DNA from: Deltaproteobacteria bacterium | GTDB lineage: Bacteria > Desulfobacterota > Binatia > UBA12015 | Length of the DNA: 50,973 nt | Direction: 5' to 3' | Assembly: GCA_046583355.1 (NCBI GenBank) | Contig: JAYGCM010000074.1 | Coordinates: forward strand, 1-50,973 | In this document: one piece after another, positions 28,638 to 37,063 of the stretch | Layout of the letters: each line of letters opens with the position of its first letter | Position numbering within the stretch: position 1 is the first letter of the stretch | Translations under genes and position numbers: made by a program | The notes under the pieces: generated by a model | The model's database searches: none | What the model was told of the DNA's origin: nothing | The model's input: the letters and a program-made list of their open reading frames with translations, nothing else

Positions 28638-29284
28638 TGGCGCAGGAAGACGAATTCTGGGAGGGCGGCGGGCTCTACCGAGCGACCGACCATCCTGTCG
28701 TCGAGATTTTCGCGCGTCAACGAGTCCGCTATCTGGCCGAGCACGGGGCCTTGCAGGATGCCGATTCCCTGCTCGATGTAGGCGCCGGCAGCGGCTTCTC
28801 CAGCCGCTATTACCCCGAGTCTCTTCACGTCGTCGCCAGTGATTTCGCCGGCGGCATGCTGCGCGCCAATCCGCTCACCGACCGTGCCCGCTGCTCGGCC
28901 GATACCCTGCCCTTTGCGGATGCCAGCTTCGATATCGTCACCTGCTGGGAACTACTGCACCACCTCGACGACCCGGTAGCCGCGATCCGCGATATGTGGC
29001 GGGTCGCGCGACGCCGCATCATTCTCTTCGAGCCGAACAGGATCCACCCCGGCCATATCGTGCTCGGGCTCACACGCCCCGAAGAGCGACGCTCGCTGCG
29101 TTTCTCGCCCGGCCATATGCGTCGGCTGCTGCAGACGGCCACCGGCCGACGTGCCGAGCGCCACGAACGCTGTGGCCTGCTCTTTCCCAACGTGACGCCA
29201 TTGCCACTGGCTCGGCTCATGAACCGGCTACCCTACCGCGTACCTCTGGTCGGGATCTCGCAACTCCTGGTATTGGAAAAATGA
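28637..29284 (+). CDS. Class I SAM-dependent methyltransferase
   Basis: LLDVGAGSG, LPFADASFD, LLHHL, FEPN; TGATG overlap. Confidence 0.88.
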   Translation: MAQEDEFWEGGGLYRATDHPVVEIFARQRVRYLAEHGALQDADSLLDVGAGSGFSSRYYPESLHVVASDFAGGMLRANPLTDRARCSADTLPFADASFDIVTCWELLHHLDDPVAAIRDMWRVARRRIILFEPNRIHPGHIVLGLTRPEERRSLRFSPGHMRRLLQTATGRRAERHERCGLLFPNVTPLPLARLMNRLPYRVPLVGISQLLVLEK

Positions 29285-31518
29285 GTCTGCGCTCGCGAAC
29301 TCCCGGCCAGGTTGCGTTTCGAGACCGCCGTCACGGTGGTAGGGAAGGCCCAATGCTCCGCGTTCTTGGCGCTTTTTTCACCACGCTCCTGCTGGCCGCG
29401 GCGCCTGCCCACGCGGCCGCACCAGCCTTCGATCTGGTTGTTCTCGTGGCACGCGACAACGCGCGCCCCGAAGGCGTCGATGCCGTACTCCGCGGGGCGC
29501 ACGGGCAGACTCGTGCGGGAATCCGCATGAATATTCCCGCCGCCGTGAGCTACCCGCTCACGATCCCGGCCGCCGCGACCTTGCGTTTCGGAGTCACCGC
29601 ATCGGCCAATGCCTTCATGGTCGAATCGCCGGATCTCGCCCGTCCGGTCACCGTACGCGTGGTCTTCACAGACGAGGCCGGAGAGCACGAACTCTACCGC
29701 CGCGCATTCGACCTCAAAGAGCGCCCCGCCGACCGCCGCTGGTTTGAGGAGAGCATCGACCTTGCCGCTTTGGCCGGCCATACGGGCACTATCCGTTTCG
29801 AGACCTCGAGCAAGGCCGAGGACAAATCCAAAATCACTCTGGTCTATTGGAGCACACCGCGCATCAAGGCCAGGCAGAGCGGTCCCGCAGCCCCCAATCT
29901 CCTCTTCGTGACGATCGATTGCTTGCGCGCCGACCACGTCGGTTCGTATGGCTACGCAAGCCCGACCACACCGGCGCTCGACAAACTCGCCAGCGAAGGC
30001 CTGCTCTTTGAAAACGCATTTGCCAATGCACCGATGACATTGCCCTCGGTGCCGCAGATCTTCACTTCGCAGCTTTTCCCGAGCCGGGAAGAACCGCTGC
30101 TCACTGCCCCCATCAGCGAGGCCGGGATCGCCAGCGCGGCTTTCGTGAACAATGCCTGGATCCCATTATGGTTGAGCCAGGGCACGCATGCCGATCCGCC
30201 GGGAACTTTCGACCGCCTCGTCTCGGGGGAATTCAATGCCCGAAAAATCACCGAGCACGCACTGGCCTGGCTCGACGAGAATAGCGGCGAGCGCTTCGCC
30301 CTCTACCTCCATTATCTGGACGCCCATACGCCCTATCGTCCACCCGCGAAATGGGTCGAACTCTTTGCCGACCCGACCTACCAGGGCCCGATCGGCTCCG
30401 AGTTCCGTGACGAAAAAGGTGCGGCCAGCGGTAAATATAATAAATCAGATCAAAAGAAAATCCTCGCCCTCTACGACGCGGGCATCCGCTATATCGATGA
30501 GCAACTCGGCCGCGTGCTCGACGAGTTGCGTGCAAGCGGCCGTCTCGACGAGACTCTCGTCGTCATCACGGCCGACCATGGTGAAGAGTTCTGGGACCAC
30601 GGCAGCTTCTTCCACGGCCAGAGCCTCTACGACGAATTGCTGCATATTCCCCTGATTGTCCGTCTGCCCGGCAAGAACCAGAGCAGCATGCGGGTGGGGC
30701 GCCTGGCCCGCGGGATTGATATCGCGCCTTCCATTCTCGATTGGATGAATCTGCCAGCACCGCCGAGCTTTACCGGCGAGAAACTCGGCCGCAGACTGAA
30801 CGCCGCGCCGGCCGACCTGATTGCCACAGCCACGCAGGCGCAATTCCCCACGCGCTTTGCGATTCGCCGCGGCGAACGCAAGATCATCGAGAGCCTCGAC
30901 CAAGAAGCTCCATTGAGCTTCGCCCTGGGCCGCGACCCCGGCGAAAGGCAGGGGGCGGCGCCGCAAAGCGAGGAAGAGTTGCAGCTTCTACAGGAGCTGC
31001 GTGAGGCGCGCCGCATTCTGCGCGAGCGCGGCTTTCAGGCGGATATCCGCTCCGCGGGCAAGGCCCCGGTCACCCTCGAAATCCAGGCGCACCCACGCTC
31101 GGGCACTTTCCTCACGCTCGACCGGCGTGGCAGCACGGGACAGGCTGTGGCGTCGAGCGATGGCCGCCGCCTCACCGCCACCGGGCCGGCCGCCGGCTTC
31201 GGCTTTCGTTTCGACCGACTCAAAGACCCGACCAACCTGGGCCGACGCGACCTGGTGACGATCGAGGCCCGCGGCGCCGAAGGCAATCCGCTGCCCTTGG
31301 AAATCCTCCTCGGCGCGCAGGCCGAGCATCCCGACCAGAATAGTTTCGACCTCAATGCGGCCAGCCTCAAGACCCAGGCCGCCCCCGCATGCCCACCGCC
31401 CCAGGGTGGCGTGCGTCTCTGCCTCTGGAATTTCCCGGGCGACAAGCCCTCCGCCCTGCCCGAGATCCACAGCCCCGCCCTGCGCGAGCGCCTGCGCGCG
31501 CTAGGGTATATCCAATGA
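29281..31518 (+). CDS. Exported sulfatase-like (alkaline phosphatase superfamily) multidomain protein; start 29281 or 29353
   Basis: Signal peptide from M at 29353; NLLFVTIDCLRADH, APMTLPS (Thr at the FGly position), HYLDAHTPY, TADHGEEF, HG..LY.E, C-terminal LRALGYIQ. Confidence 0.85.
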   Translation: MSLRSRTPGQVAFRDRRHGGREGPMLRVLGAFFTTLLLAAAPAHAAAPAFDLVVLVARDNARPEGVDAVLRGAHGQTRAGIRMNIPAAVSYPLTIPAAATLRFGVTASANAFMVESPDLARPVTVRVVFTDEAGEHELYRRAFDLKERPADRRWFEESIDLAALAGHTGTIRFETSSKAEDKSKITLVYWSTPRIKARQSGPAAPNLLFVTIDCLRADHVGSYGYASPTTPALDKLASEGLLFENAFANAPMTLPSVPQIFTSQLFPSREEPLLTAPISEAGIASAAFVNNAWIPLWLSQGTHADPPGTFDRLVSGEFNARKITEHALAWLDENSGERFALYLHYLDAHTPYRPPAKWVELFADPTYQGPIGSEFRDEKGAASGKYNKSDQKKILALYDAGIRYIDEQLGRVLDELRASGRLDETLVVITADHGEEFWDHGSFFHGQSLYDELLHIPLIVRLPGKNQSSMRVGRLARGIDIAPSILDWMNLPAPPSFTGEKLGRRLNAAPADLIATATQAQFPTRFAIRRGERKIIESLDQEAPLSFALGRDPGERQGAAPQSEEELQLLQELREARRILRERGFQADIRSAGKAPVTLEIQAHPRSGTFLTLDRRGSTGQAVASSDGRRLTATGPAAGFGFRFDRLKDPTNLGRRDLVTIEARGAEGNPLPLEILLGAQAEHPDQNSFDLNAASLKTQAAPACPPPQGGVRLCLWNFPGDKPSALPEIHSPALRERLRALGYIQ

Positions 31519-32561
31519 GCCGCGACGAAAGTCCCGAGCGAGGCCGTATTCACGGCCCGACCGCTCGCCTGCCGCGCTATCTCGCGGCCGCAATCGGCCT
31601 CCTCCTCGCCATTTCCATTCTCGACCTCAGCCTGCGCATCGAAGGCCCGCGCCTCTGCGCCGATGGAGGCATAGCCCTGCTCGCCGCCGACGCTGAATTG
31701 GGTTGGACCTTCGCGCCGGGCCGCACACTGACGCTCGACCCCTGCGCGGGCACCGCCTGGAGTGCACCCGTCACGATCAACCAGGCCGGCCTTGCCGACC
31801 AGGAATGGCCGCTGGCCAAGCGTCCCGGAGAAGTCCGCGTCCTGCTGCTCGGCGGCGCTCTCGCCGACGGGGTCGGCGTCGCACGCGGCGACCGTCTCTC
31901 CGTGCGTCTTGCACACCTGGCCGACCAACGCCGCGGCGCGCGCCTTTCCGTCATCAACGGGCAGATCCCCGGCTACGACACCGCTCGTCAATTGCTTTTT
32001 CTTGAAAAGCGCGGCCTGCCCTACCAACCCGATATCGTCGTGCTCGTCCTCGACCCGGCCCGCGCGCCACTGGCGCATTCGACCTTGGCGATCGAAGACA
32101 CTCTGCCGCCAGCATCCGGGCTACTCGCGCGCGGCAGTCTCGGCGGCACAAGCGACGCCAGCAGCGGCGCGAGCGCCGTGCGGCTGATGGAACGCTCGGG
32201 CCCTTTGCCCGACGCCGAGACAGACGCCGCCTGGCAGAAGACCCGAGTGGGTATCCGCCGACTGGCCGCCGCCGCCCGCGCCTCGGGTGCCGGCTTCGCG
32301 ATTCTGGTCGCGCCGCCCTGCCCGGAGCAACCCTACCCGGCCGATCTTTGTGCGGAGCTTACATCCATCGCCCCGTGTGCGGATGTCGGCAGCTCTTTCC
32401 GCAGCATCCGCGAAGCCGCCGCCAAACCCCTGGAACTCTGCATCGACGAACTCGGCCGCTGGGGCCGTGACGGCCATTTTCTCGCCAGCCATTCGCTCTG
32501 GGACCTGATTGCCCAGGGTGGCCTATGGCCGGATTCCGTGGTGCGAGGGTACCGCCTATGA
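31515..32561 (+). CDS. Membrane-anchored SGNH/GDSL-fold protein lacking catalytic residues
   Basis: N-terminal TM; INQAGL, RVLLLGGALADGVGV, VING..PGY...Q, YQPDIVVL, GRWGRDGH. Confidence 0.7.
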   Translation: MSRDESPERGRIHGPTARLPRYLAAAIGLLLAISILDLSLRIEGPRLCADGGIALLAADAELGWTFAPGRTLTLDPCAGTAWSAPVTINQAGLADQEWPLAKRPGEVRVLLLGGALADGVGVARGDRLSVRLAHLADQRRGARLSVINGQIPGYDTARQLLFLEKRGLPYQPDIVVLVLDPARAPLAHSTLAIEDTLPPASGLLARGSLGGTSDASSGASAVRLMERSGPLPDAETDAAWQKTRVGIRRLAAAARASGAGFAILVAPPCPEQPYPADLCAELTSIAPCADVGSSFRSIREAAAKPLELCIDELGRWGRDGHFLASHSLWDLIAQGGLWPDSVVRGYRL

Positions 32562-33877
32562 GCGAGGCCGGCCTCATGGCCTGGCTCGGCTGGCAAGCCG
32601 AGGACCTGCTCCTCGGCAGCTGGGAAGCGCGCCACAGCCTTTTTGCGCATTTTGCTCTTTATGGCGCCGTCCTGGCGGGCCTCGGCATCGCCATGGCGCC
32701 GCTCGGCGCGCGGGCCCGCGAATGGGGGATCGTCGCGCTCTCGGTCGCTGCCCTGGCGCTCTTCGGCTCTGTCACGATGACCTTCTGGGCGGTGGGCTTC
32801 TCGGTCGCCCTCTGGGCCGTAGTGGAGCGCGTCCCCGGCCGGGTCGGCACCGTGCTGGCGTGGCTGCTGATCCTCGCCCTGGGCGCCTATCCCTGGCTCC
32901 TGCCCGAGGCCATCCTCACGGGCAATACCAGCCAGATGCGTGAATTTTGGGCTTTTGCCAGCAATGTCTGGCTGCTGCGCTGCGCCGCCTATATCGTCGA
33001 CCGGCGCGCGCGTGGCGTGGCCGGGCGCAGCTTGCGGGAATTCCTGCTGGCGACACTCTTCTTCCCCACCTTCGTCAATGGCCCGATCGAGACAACCGAA
33101 CAAATGGCCGAGGCACGCCGCGACGGCCCTGCCGTGCGCGACTGGCCGGAGTTCCGCGCCTGGCTGCTTCTGCTCGGCCGCAACTCGCGGCGCTTCGGCC
33201 TCGGCGTTGCCAAGGTGCTTTTCGCCACACTCTATCTGGGCGTCGACAACGCGACGATTTTCGCCACCAGCGGCTCGGCCCTGAGCCACCCGCGCCTATG
33301 GCTCTGGCCCTTCGAGCTCTATTTCATGTTCTACATCACCTTCTCGGGCTGGACCGATGTCTCAGTAGCGCTGGCGCGCGTACTCGGCTGGAACGTGATG
33401 GAAAATTTCGACCGCCCCTGGCAAGCCCGTTCGGTCGCCGAGTTCTGGCGTCGTTGGCATATTTCCTTCGGGGTCTGGCTACGCAATTATATCTACATCC
33501 CGCTGGGCGGGAACCGCAGCAACGCCACCCGCAACGTCTTGGTGACTTTCGCGGCGAGCGGTCTCTGGCATGTCTGGGGCGCGCTCAAGGCAATCGGCAT
33601 CACCGGCTACCCGCCCGAGGCATGGCTGGGGTTCCTGCTCTGGGGCCTGCTCAACGGTTCGGCCATTGCGATGGCGCGCTATTGGAATGATGCACCTATA
33701 TTCGAACCCTTCCATCTACGGCTGCGCCGGAGCCTTCCCGCCAGCCTGCGGCTGCGCGCCGCGCAGATCATGACCTTCGTTTTCGTCGCGCTGGCCTGGA
33801 TGCCATTCTTTCTGCCGCCCTGGATCGGACTCGAGAACTGCTGGCAGATTCTCCGTCGCATGGCCTTTCTCTCATGA
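32558..33877 (+). CDS. MBOAT O-acyltransferase (AlgI/DltB/PatA-like)
   Basis: FFPTFVNGPI, FSGWTD, ENFDRP, EFWRRWHISF..WLRNYIYIPLGG, GLWH. Confidence 0.92.
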   Translation: MSEAGLMAWLGWQAEDLLLGSWEARHSLFAHFALYGAVLAGLGIAMAPLGARAREWGIVALSVAALALFGSVTMTFWAVGFSVALWAVVERVPGRVGTVLAWLLILALGAYPWLLPEAILTGNTSQMREFWAFASNVWLLRCAAYIVDRRARGVAGRSLREFLLATLFFPTFVNGPIETTEQMAEARRDGPAVRDWPEFRAWLLLLGRNSRRFGLGVAKVLFATLYLGVDNATIFATSGSALSHPRLWLWPFELYFMFYITFSGWTDVSVALARVLGWNVMENFDRPWQARSVAEFWRRWHISFGVWLRNYIYIPLGGNRSNATRNVLVTFAASGLWHVWGALKAIGITGYPPEAWLGFLLWGLLNGSAIAMARYWNDAPIFEPFHLRLRRSLPASLRLRAAQIMTFVFVALAWMPFFLPPWIGLENCWQILRRMAFLS

Positions 33878-34632
33878 ACCGCAAGAGCCGTACCGAATTC
33901 CTTGCCGAGCAGCGTACGCATTTCGCGGCTGCTGACGTCACGCATTTCGCGTGGCAGACGCGCGGGGCGGGGTTTGCCGAGCGCGAGCGGGCCTTCCTCA
34001 AGGAGATGCTTGCAGGAACCAAGGCACCCCTACTCGAAATCGGCGCCGGTGAAGGCAGCAACCTCTTCCACCTCGCCGGCGATGCCGCACGGCCCGGCCT
34101 CCACGTCGGACTCGATGCCTTTGTGCCGAAGCTGCATTTTGCCGCCGCGCATGTCGAAGGAATCGCTTGCCTGGCAGCCGACGCCGGGGCGCTGCCCTTT
34201 CGCGACGGCAGCTTCGCCACCGTGCTGATCCGCGACGTCTTGCACCACCTGACCGACCCGCGGCGCACACTCGAAGAAGCGGTGCGCGTGCTGCGGCCCG
34301 GCGGCCAATTCATTTTGATCGAGCCCAATGCGCGCAATCCGCTGATCCGCCTGCAGATGGCCCTGGTCGAAGCCGAACGTGGCGCCGTGCGCTCGCGCAA
34401 GCCCTGGTTGCGCAGCCTTCTGGACGGCCTCGCTCTGCGCGAGTTGAATTTCGAGGCTGCTGCGCCCTTCCCGCTCGACCGGGTCGTCCTGCATCCCGAG
34501 TTCGGTCTTCCCTCGCTGGGCCGCTCGCGTGCCATGCTGCGCCTGCTGGCTGGCATCGAATCGTTGGTCGGGCGCCTGCTGGGCCGCGAGCGCTGGTCCT
34601 ATTGGGTCGCCCGCGCACGAAAGAACGCCTGA
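33874..34632 (+). CDS. Class I SAM-dependent methyltransferase
   Basis: LLEIGAGEG, ADAGALPFRDGSF, VLHHL, RVLRPGG, IEPN. Confidence 0.9.
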   Translation: MNRKSRTEFLAEQRTHFAAADVTHFAWQTRGAGFAERERAFLKEMLAGTKAPLLEIGAGEGSNLFHLAGDAARPGLHVGLDAFVPKLHFAAAHVEGIACLAADAGALPFRDGSFATVLIRDVLHHLTDPRRTLEEAVRVLRPGGQFILIEPNARNPLIRLQMALVEAERGAVRSRKPWLRSLLDGLALRELNFEAAAPFPLDRVVLHPEFGLPSLGRSRAMLRLLAGIESLVGRLLGRERWSYWVARARKNA

Positions 34633-34680
34633 TTGTCGGTGGCTCTCGAAGCCCCGATATGCAAAAAAGCGACTGCTGCC

Positions 34681-35385
34681 ATGCGAACCCTTGTCGTCAC
34701 CCCCACCTACAACGAGCGCGAGAATCTCGCAGCGCTCGCCGAGGCCGTGCTAGCGCTGCCGGGCGAGCTGGAATACCTGGTCGTCGACGATAATTCGCCC
34801 GATGGCACAGGCGATCTGGCCGACCAGATCGCCGCACGTGAGCCGCGCTTCCATGTCCTGCACCGCGCCGGCAAGCTGGGCCTCGGCTCGGCCTACCGCG
34901 AGGCCTTCCAACTTGCCCTCAAAGAGGGCTACGACGCCGTCATCTCGATGGACGGCGATTGGTCGCATGAGCCAAAATACCTGCCCGGATTGGTCGCAGC
35001 CGCCGAGGAGGCCGACCTGGTCATCGGCTCGCGCTATCTCAACGGGATCAGCGTGGTGAATTGGGAACTCTCGCGGCTCATTTTGAGCAAATTCGCCAAT
35101 GCTTACGTGCGCACCATCACCGGACTGCCCTTCCAGGACTCCACCGCCGGCTTCCAATGCATCACGCGCCGGGCGCTGGAGGCAATCGATCTGGACCGGA
35201 TTCAAACGGATGGGTGGTCCTTCCTGGTCGAGCTGAAATACCGCATCCATCAGGCCGGGATGCGCTGCCGCGAGGTGCCCATCGTCTTCACACAGCGCCG
35301 CGCCGGCGCCTCCAAGATCTCCAAGGCCGAAATCCTGCGCTCCATGATCACGCCATGGCGCATGCGCCTTGGCTTTTGGACCTGA
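34681..35385 (+). CDS. Polyprenol monophosphomannose synthase-like GT2 (Ppm1/DPM1)
   Basis: PTYNEREN, VDDNSPDGTG, GKLGLGSAY, MDGDWSH, GSRY..G..VVNW, EVPIVF. Confidence 0.92.
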   Translation: MRTLVVTPTYNERENLAALAEAVLALPGELEYLVVDDNSPDGTGDLADQIAAREPRFHVLHRAGKLGLGSAYREAFQLALKEGYDAVISMDGDWSHEPKYLPGLVAAAEEADLVIGSRYLNGISVVNWELSRLILSKFANAYVRTITGLPFQDSTAGFQCITRRALEAIDLDRIQTDGWSFLVELKYRIHQAGMRCREVPIVFTQRRAGASKISKAEILRSMITPWRMRLGFWT

Positions 35386-35423
35386 AGACGCGGCAAAACA
35401 TCGTTCTTGAATTCCTTGGCGTA

Positions 35424-35460
35424 TTGACAGGGACGCCTCAGTCCCGGATCCTATCGGGAC
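35424..35460 (+). promoter_or_regulatory. Putative promoter TTGACA-17-GATCCT with overlapping inverted repeats, 9 nt before the radical SAM ATG
   Basis: TTGACA 35424-35429; GATCCT 35447-35452; gtcccg/cgggac and gggac/gtccc arms. Confidence 0.45.
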
Positions 35461-35461
35461 C

Positions 35462-36982
35462 ATGCGTGTTCTTTTCTATTATCGCGGCATCGAAAATATG
35501 GGCGTCGGCTATTGCATGTCGATGCTCAAAGCCGGCGGCCACGACGTCGACCTGATTTTCGATCCCGGCCTCGACGACAACCTCTTCATCAAATTCCCGC
35601 ACCTGGCCTGGATGAACCGCCACCAGGAACTGCTCGACCGCGCCAAGGGCTTCAAGCCCGACCTGATCGCGATGGGCTGTCTCACCAACCTCTACCCCTT
35701 CGCGAAAGTGATGGCGGCCAAGCTCAAGGAGACCATGCCCGATGTGCCCATTTTGATGGGCGGGCACCACGCCCAGGCGCTCCCCGGTTGGCTGCTCGAG
35801 AACGACCCCAATATCGACATGGTCTGCCTCGGCGAAGGCGAGATCGCCATGCTCGAACTCGCCGACCGCATGCAACGCGGCGAGGACTACACCGACGTCC
35901 CGACGCTCTGGGTCAAGCAAAACGGGCTCATCCACAAAAACGCGATGGGGCCGCTCGAGAACGACCTCGACAAATTCCCCTTCCCGGAAAAACAACTCTG
36001 GCACGAATACGGCTGCTTCAAGGACAACCTCGAGGTCTTCACCGGCCGCGGCTGCCCTTTCAAATGCACATTCTGCAACATTCATTATCAGTGCGAGATC
36101 TTCAAAGACGCGGGAGATTTCCTGCGCAAGCGTTCCATCCCGAATGTGATCGCCGAACTCAAGCAGAATATGGAGAAATACGACGTCAAGTACGTCTCCA
36201 TCCACGACGATAATTTCACCACCAACCCGAAATGGGTTGAAGAGTTCTGCCAGGCCTACCGCGAGGAAATCAACCTCCCCTGGTATTGCTTCGGCTACCC
36301 GACAACGCTTCGCCCGAAGCTCGTTCAGGCCATGAAGGCGGCAAATTGCCACACTATCTTCATGGGGGTCGACTCCGGTGACCCCGACATCCGCCGCCAT
36401 CTGATGGAGCGGCCGATGACCGACGAACTCATCAAAAACGCGGCCAAGAATGTCCTCGACGCGGGTATCGGACTGCAAGCCTCCTGCATCTACGGCAACC
36501 CGGGCGAGACGCCCGAGCAGATGTTCAAGACACTCTCGATGATTGACGAAATTCAGCCCTCGCAATCCTCCGCCTATGTCTTCTACCCTTTTCCGAAAAC
36601 CAAAATGTATGATGCCTGTGTCGAGATGGGCTACCTCGATGCGGAGGGCGAAGAGAACGTCCGCCAAGGCATCTCCGGCTATCACCACGAGTCGGTGCTG
36701 ATTCACCCGCATAAGGAACTGGCCGAGACGCTGGCCAAGATCACGCCGGTCTACGCGCGTGCGCCGAAGTTCCTGAAGCCTGCTATCCGCTGGATCATCG
36801 AACGCCGCATGAAGCGTCTCGCCGCCCTGCTCTACCTGGTCCTGATCCCCATCACCTTCCCCTACCTTGGGGTTGAGGGCATCAAGGTCACCCTGCGCAT
36901 GGCCGGCAAGGCAATCAGCGGCGCGACCCGCCGCAAGCCCGCCCCCAGCGAGCAACCCACAGAGACGCAGCAGGCGGCTTAA
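35462..36982 (+). CDS. B12-binding radical SAM protein (class B methylase-like)
   Basis: MGGHH, DMVCLGEGE, GRGCPFKCTFC, DDNF, YGNPGET, YPFPKT. Confidence 0.92.
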   Translation: MRVLFYYRGIENMGVGYCMSMLKAGGHDVDLIFDPGLDDNLFIKFPHLAWMNRHQELLDRAKGFKPDLIAMGCLTNLYPFAKVMAAKLKETMPDVPILMGGHHAQALPGWLLENDPNIDMVCLGEGEIAMLELADRMQRGEDYTDVPTLWVKQNGLIHKNAMGPLENDLDKFPFPEKQLWHEYGCFKDNLEVFTGRGCPFKCTFCNIHYQCEIFKDAGDFLRKRSIPNVIAELKQNMEKYDVKYVSIHDDNFTTNPKWVEEFCQAYREEINLPWYCFGYPTTLRPKLVQAMKAANCHTIFMGVDSGDPDIRRHLMERPMTDELIKNAAKNVLDAGIGLQASCIYGNPGETPEQMFKTLSMIDEIQPSQSSAYVFYPFPKTKMYDACVEMGYLDAEGEENVRQGISGYHHESVLIHPHKELAETLAKITPVYARAPKFLKPAIRWIIERRMKRLAALLYLVLIPITFPYLGVEGIKVTLRMAGKAISGATRRKPAPSEQPTETQQAA

Positions 36983-37056
36983 GGCCCGGCCGCAGCAGCG
37001 CATTCCAGCCGCCTGGTTTTTCGGCCGCACCTCCAAGGGGCGCGGCCGAAAAACCA
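36982..37056. repeat. Cluster of three degenerate copies of the palindromic-element terminus, two of which form a 15-bp perfect hairpin
   Basis: tggtttttcggccgc (37014-37028) / gcggccgaaaaacca (37042-37056); aggcccggccg at 36982; convergent junction. Confidence 0.65.
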
Positions 37057-37063
37057 ACGCGAC

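Noticed and set aside
37014..37056. Classical Rho-independent terminator
   Set aside because: On both strands the GC core is followed by an A-tract rather than a U-tract; reported as a repeat-derived hairpin.
35438..37057. 539-aa antisense ORF (and similar long ones, e.g. 39349-40824 +, 19073-20038 -, 3598-4695 +)
   Set aside because: Shadows of well-supported genes, caused by GC-rich codon bias; no recognisable motifs.
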